Virus record (IMG/VR): IMGVR_UViG_3300012953_000151 | Span: 1-29,429 of that record | Length of the DNA: 29,429 nucleotides | Origin: a virus | Lineage: Duplodnaviria > Caudoviricetes | Strand: one strand, 5' to 3' | Part shown: one piece after another, positions 29,001-29,429 of the stretch | Numbering within the stretch: the stretch's first letter is position 1 | Layout: each line of letters starts with the position of its first letter | Position numbers and translations under genes: made by a program | Notes under the pieces: model-generated | Databases searched by the model: none | The model's input: the letters and a program-made list of their open reading frames with translations, nothing else | Told to the model about the DNA's origin: nothing

Positions 29001-29429
29001 CTAATCCTACAGCAGGTTCAGAATATCCTGGCATAATATTTGTTAACGGAGAGAGAATTGAATATAGACAAAAAGAAGGTAATCTTTTAAAACAATTACA
29101 AAGAGGTACATTAGGTACAGGAGTAAAAGACTTGCATACGCATGGTACAGAAATTTATGATCAAAGTATTGATGCTTCTATGCCATACAAAGATGAAACA
29201 ATAAGCACAGTATTTACAGCAGACGGTACAAGTTCTACGTTTGAGTTAGATTTTACACCAGGAGCAGGCGGAGTTAACGAGTTTGATGTATTTGTAGCAG
29301 GACAACGATTAAGGAAAAATGCAATTTCTTCTTATAAGTTTGAAACTACACTTAGTGGTGTAACAACAAGTAGTATAGCCCAAGATAGCCCAAGGCGACG
29401 AAACGCTACCAGCAGAATTCTCAATTTTA
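14039..29429 (+). CDS. Giant virion structural protein, gp7 / P2 gpI-like baseplate wedge fused to many accessory domains; at least 5130 aa, 3' truncated
   Basis: ATG overlaps the gp6 stop (TAATG); starts MAFDNNQKDGTADPNAKRKTEQHLPKYFR; every segment I translated is open in this frame, and its absence from the ORF track implies no in-frame stop; FYQGFIQDKGTKNALTKLF (~19724-19780) and YLKEVKP (~26050) resemble gp7/gpI core motifs; position after gp6 fits gp7. Confidence 0.85.
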   Translation, partial: MAFDNNQKDGTADPNAKRKTEQHLPKYFRTVSNSKFLSSTIDQLVQPGVVEKLNGYYGRETAASFNKDDNYIGDFSDSRQNYQFEPAAVIKDNLGAVKFYKDYNDYMNQLRSFNDKVKDHSITNKQEYYSWNPHINWDKFINFREYYWLPSGPQTIDVRGQTTEVVSTYTVTVADNLDNFGYVFSPDGLTQNPTIKLFRGVTYKFDINTPGLPFTIRTKRTLDDSFTLSASENNIDNQGTEEGVITFTPTDTTPNILYYVADNDIEAAGLIKIANIEESSAIDIDAEVLGKKTYTTGAGFDLSNGMKIKFIGDVTPTTYATGEYYVEGVGDKIVLINEDELTVPSAFVSDVNVDFDDQGFDRQPFDTAIGYPTVRDYMLITREANDGNLWSRYNRWFHKSIIEQSATLNEQPVNIDESARAKRPIIEFEKGLKLFDFGTQTKANVNLLDTHTKDVFSTIEGSTGYNIDGVDLIDGMRILFTADPDPLVKGRIFEVKFFKFDGPEIEVDQNIKQISLIEVTDSKPVINEVVLVSQGNTYKGLMYYYNGTEWKLAQTKTKVNQAPLFDLFDENNKSFSDTTVYNSSTFKGNKIFSYKEGTVGTADSEVGLVLSYRTITNVGDITFKFDLLTELFEYLIGSQLYFKNTDVGFLQKYSAIAKYTNANAWTKAPTDSKQPVIRQYVFDNTTTAFEVDVYENSGSLADLNLSVSLNNELKFKDIDYTLGTSANNLTTVTFLTPAFTSATGLTVGDKVVLKTSSVAEKNDNGYYDFPSNLERNPLNNNLNEFTVGEVNNHVSSIVEDLSDFKGKFPGSSNLRDLGDVTRFGNRFVKHSSPLNLAMYSVLDKDSNLISAMRYARREYGKFKRLFLQVAHDLGWEGPTKEHVDKIMAELNKDKINSMPFYFSDMVPQGSFNKTTHEIDDNTEEYFALSKVFSLSTASRDSVQVYLNNKQLIHNKDYVFNSEGFCRVTASKVKGDLLDIYEYETTNGSYVPPTPTKLGLYPSYEPELYIDNTTQSEGPVSPSGAYKFYGTAGSDQMGAGKLGWFWPLYATQAEAIANDTEQGGAGTAHTHTFVGLNRTFYMPSSSANHGTTDPSGNINEWIEGTPVIQGHDGSKVVAYKDYRDNLILELELRIFNNIKIGYDTDLFDIHNFQGGEYRTTDFNKASVDNPMLSDFIQWTNLVDKDYTVNDFHNRTNTWTFNYSSASSPNNKQLVGFWRGVYRDAYDTDRPHTHPWEMLGFTKMPNWWKTQYGPAPYTRDNLVLWTDLQNGVVREPKKKIKILNKYKRPGLLAHLPVDENGNLLSPNDSGYAQSFDSARLDDSFKFGDEAPVETAWRRSSEYPFSLITAWTLSQPSKVLATGFDRVNQVRNLTKQIIYKTQSNQIKLQNLVFPNTQLDSTQTFTSGLVNYIAGYMASNVVTSYTEYKQNIKSITNQIGFKVGGYTDKNKFKLILDSRTPLNEGNVFVPDENYSIFLNKSAPIKTISYSGVIIERRTNGYKIKGYDNSSTAFKYFPHFERDRDPVITVGGTSEPFLEFEGGRTYAVGAIVEHAGKYYRVTKQHLAGPTFDESNFASVPKLPSSGGREIILRREFASFAPLELAYGTILRTIQDVCDFLQGYGKYLESIGFVFDNFRKSASVVDDWETSTKEFAFWTLHNWAEGTLISLSPGANQLKFTTEYSVVDNIFDGFFGYTLLKVDGQKLTNNFVQVDRQNSNEFILRPKNTADGIFAIKLPCVQKEHVVLLDNKTVFNDTIYDPEPGYRQERIKVLGYRTTNWDGSLNIEGFVYDQATITDWQSNQDYFIGDIVKHKEFYYTANSKVPGTETFIDNQWSRLDSKPESGLTPNFEYKTNQFADFYDLDSDNFDSEQQRLAQHLIGYQKRKYLENIINDDVSQYKFYQGFIQDKGTKNALTKLFDVLGNADKDSLEFYEEWAIKRGQYGAAAGFDEVEYKLDESKFRLSPQPIELVKSVTGEETDLIYRILPYETYLKPKNYTHEPFPKKYIAPEEGYASDSGYVNADDVKFIVKNFDAILNIDFSNCNKGDLIWVGNDQLSWNIYRHDDTDLIVEKVTGGDTEFTVSLTSTPQNIKAGDIFGVYDLISTTLDPGDSTFANAQTTKAAVGGFFKVKSISLEKVTFESSEKVEDIDECIGKLSKLVSVRTDSLANLNNIAQKLATLKSKFWIDQDANNKWKVYENTQAFTKLQDISSGESIANETFATSITTNKSNTVLAIGSPDEDDGQVYIYTRGSSTGNFVLSQVITAPTDIAFTFKRFFTGATYTQGDLVKANNKFYTAIETHTGGADFDTSKFTVLTVQPPLQKFGAAISLTEDGKYLVVGSPNASKVKTKYKDNYDASSSYVLDDIVNYNNKLWKATTSIVPQSASIQFTSFGSVVQQIESVGNTTQSSEQIDVILTGQYPFTGINVDHVLIKAPKLQYAGLDINDQIKLKWNKKTIANQEQTTYTDKEPFPGGGMPALSSTFFSSTHQIQMKVDLILNINAFTNRPVAGDKVQTQTGSGTVAYSYEVSGSIGLYLNEITGSFSSTDSLFLSNGDFVGEYTTAAPSETTDVSSYYGGYFMITVPGGYDIFSTTSDQGKGLVFQEAITDSSAPSNYYFNSRDFETSTISSEDTLSSYIETLSYQGLPGAGGATTPFLSPYFVVRAPKALTDTLSNGSKFKMLIPSLARYSSGISNDPSAIGLSYADTNKELTVYELWDGYIKFGFTKFNLFGEPFEPRVGDTVRDVTTGATAEVALYQRDALNATIFVKDVVGDFSNGSLFSNNAEIEFIGTPTDVSPIYQVDRVMGEIQRKSLGLASEGIGKLIVVDSGADITVPTTSAMTDTEYWFYQENTVSGVPVAANLPSAGNNDWVNVYSIPAVSGATASTLENQGMYSVFGTGTTNRYAFLQSYIVPEAKEDFYLGSEIKCAKKNNLYRLFVHAGEDYNTFGTFRKLNKQLDDSTFQPGRTYFIKHGTDADGDTWNWELAKDKKFQGTYSSLVSYQTGDIIYLDGGIYKANTNLSPGVFVGANWTQQTEPLDYLGYVPNNTEILPIFDSADPSTVLDQGGLFNFNRIDVSDDGEVLIGLARYDSGEKSQLVVYRNKNGNYQRTQSIMESSFPHQTDDDDVWSFNKTLWGSDIAISGDGTMIAIGEPFAETQRSETDPSRIQFDQGRVFVMKKNTTTGLFELSQTLFSRGNEKVELFGIKLAFDNELLAITAKNADSDAKTTFDTLDFIPQTTWDNNFTTFAKKFIDTGVVYLYENIGGNLVYGQTLAFNQLSDSTQAVANTNANNSVKDFGLNLYTNNSHVYVGLPKHTVFDGENGAVIDFRKDPTNNIWEAHSSPKDTVDVAKIKKVLLYNTKENKLVSYIDYLDPIQGKIPGIAEQELSYKLHYDPAVYTVGTAEVNTGKSGVWGEEQIGELWWDLSTTKFLNPYQSNTIFSVSNSNTQFTGNSIDVYEWVESTLLPSEWNATAATTEGVTEGITGTTKYGDTVYAVKRVYDSIAQNFSNKYYYWVKGIITAPNIETRKLSSFNVARYIDNPAGMGYRFINFISPTSFVLHNCESLLKDKEVALSIQYWTIENQDINIHNQYQLYTAGLDTSKPNADIERKWFDSLIGYDDAGRIVPDPNLSAKEKYGILNDPRQSWFVNKTEALKQVIDRTNLVLKENLIVDDKIITPLLSKQEVPLAAGNTYDLAVDTFQDLEFVGTAKVKQAVLTPVIVDGKIVRVTITEAGRGYKVVPKVIINGRFETSADITVTINSVGTVTSATVNSQGSGYSSTLTTLSVRRFAVLVRSDSTLSGKWSVYERNVNNTLWVRKVSQVFDTSLFWDYIDWYDTGYNEFTDINHLVDSSYQLESLDDNTGDVIKIANVGTGGWLLLEKIDNADSIDYTINYKTIGRQNGTIKFLPSLFNTSVGSGFDSASYDIKVYDVQPVKETRIILEALRDNLFIDELAVEYNNLFLSSLKYVFSEQGLVDWAFKTSFIKARHNVGDLSKKTTFQNDNLPSYEEYLKEVKPFKSKLREYISDYNQINVSANLVTDFDLPPRWDDITKTIIPPSVKVIDNAIVGTDADLTTYPNKNWVDNLSYKVKRIEIADAGSGYTQAPTISFVGQDLSTTETGSGTVAIAKLGRGGQIASIEITNKGTGYLNPPVVEVNGSIAEGGRQAKLVAVLGDGLVRGMHTTIKFDRITGKFVVTKLSESQTYTGSGSSYIFDLIFPMDLRTNTVEITIAGELSLQSEYTYENVKDTTKGYDRYFGRVTFTKPPANNTAIVINYKKPIEYLTAADRVSLAYNPVAGQYGNDLSQVMDGIDYGGVEVKSFEFGGNTGWDSAPWFTDSWDTYDTTYEDEVFKLDGSTISITLSKPLENGVVYNLYRNGIRLDDPNWAPEPGYDSALVKNPNAVMQSITGDGVTTVIELQELEVPTQTDDVIIVRKETSDGSFINDPESYDTSIVGGTLAYNSATGLKAEDITIDGDGFVTPTTSKGPEEIVPGQVLDAVDISVFERPVGGSSILVNRNYTGDGSTKAFDLGKTPFTGSSLFVKVGSDILEPTTDDSTLGYKVNYANKTVNFEVAPAEGSKINLTLVEVAGLQILDIDSFVSDGSSNNFETNVRWTDNVQGIATSNGVKLEAVFVKSTGSHPNNVELVLASPLKAGDVVRFALFIGDGDEIDSFSQVVVDEFIAVTPQGNDTLVLSQAPFSYGPAGIHTLVQIGDDILHSGFNQQFTVSSARDYKLDLWQIPIALVQSSQIQVYLNGRMLEYATDWTFTSAEAFDSDTPLDQQKGNTVKLADNIGVAGDTLLVYIITESQYRFGYFEQQGDSSNVFVPTPTICSFEVDRPIGTRMKVYQFSNSTAQKFERESYTVQENTPITKGTPEYYFLNNLRAGLFKLRSPVVDSKYAWVILNNKLLLADVDYSVTTDKNFIKLVSPLNEGDRIEVLHFGNPTVITKFAFRQFKDMLNRNHYKRIDGDKNFILGKDLTPYDKTIELVDASGITNPTAGSEYPGIIFVNGERIEYRQKEGNLLKQLQRGTLGTGVKDLHTHGTEIYDQSIDASMPYKDETISTVFTADGTSSTFELDFTPGAGGVNEFDVFVAGQRLRKNAISSYKFETTLSGVTTSSIAQDSPRRRNATSRILNF

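Noticed and set aside
14039-29429. Intein or diversity-generating retroelement target explaining the giant ORF
   Set aside because: I saw no intein splice-junction or LAGLIDADG motifs in the translated segments, no reverse transcriptase, and no adenine-variable repeat pair; this was checked by eye only.

Overview
AT-rich fragment of a large T4-like (myovirus, probably jumbo and aquatic; the habitat is inference) phage genome in the standard genetic code, arranged as two divergent arms. The minus arm reads: gp55-like late sigma factor, gp47 (Mre11/SbcD), gp46 (Rad50/SbcC), a small basic Hc1-like protein, a GIY-YIG nuclease, then a structured non-coding region cut by the window edge. The plus arm is a contractile-tail baseplate cluster: gp48/gp54-like, gp53 LysM, gp27-like hub, gp5-like spike without lysozyme, PAAR, gp25, gp6, and a giant gp7-like ORF (14039 to beyond 29429, at least 5130 codons) that the ORF track misses because it has no stop in the window. 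Best leads: (1) a candidate structured RNA directly downstream of the GIY-YIG gene; (2) a gp55 with a ~140-aa insertion together with an apparently bipartite late promoter (ATGTAYGTACTT-N12-TAAATA); (3) the nested modular architecture of the giant baseplate protein. All family calls come from motif recognition by eye; no searches were run.
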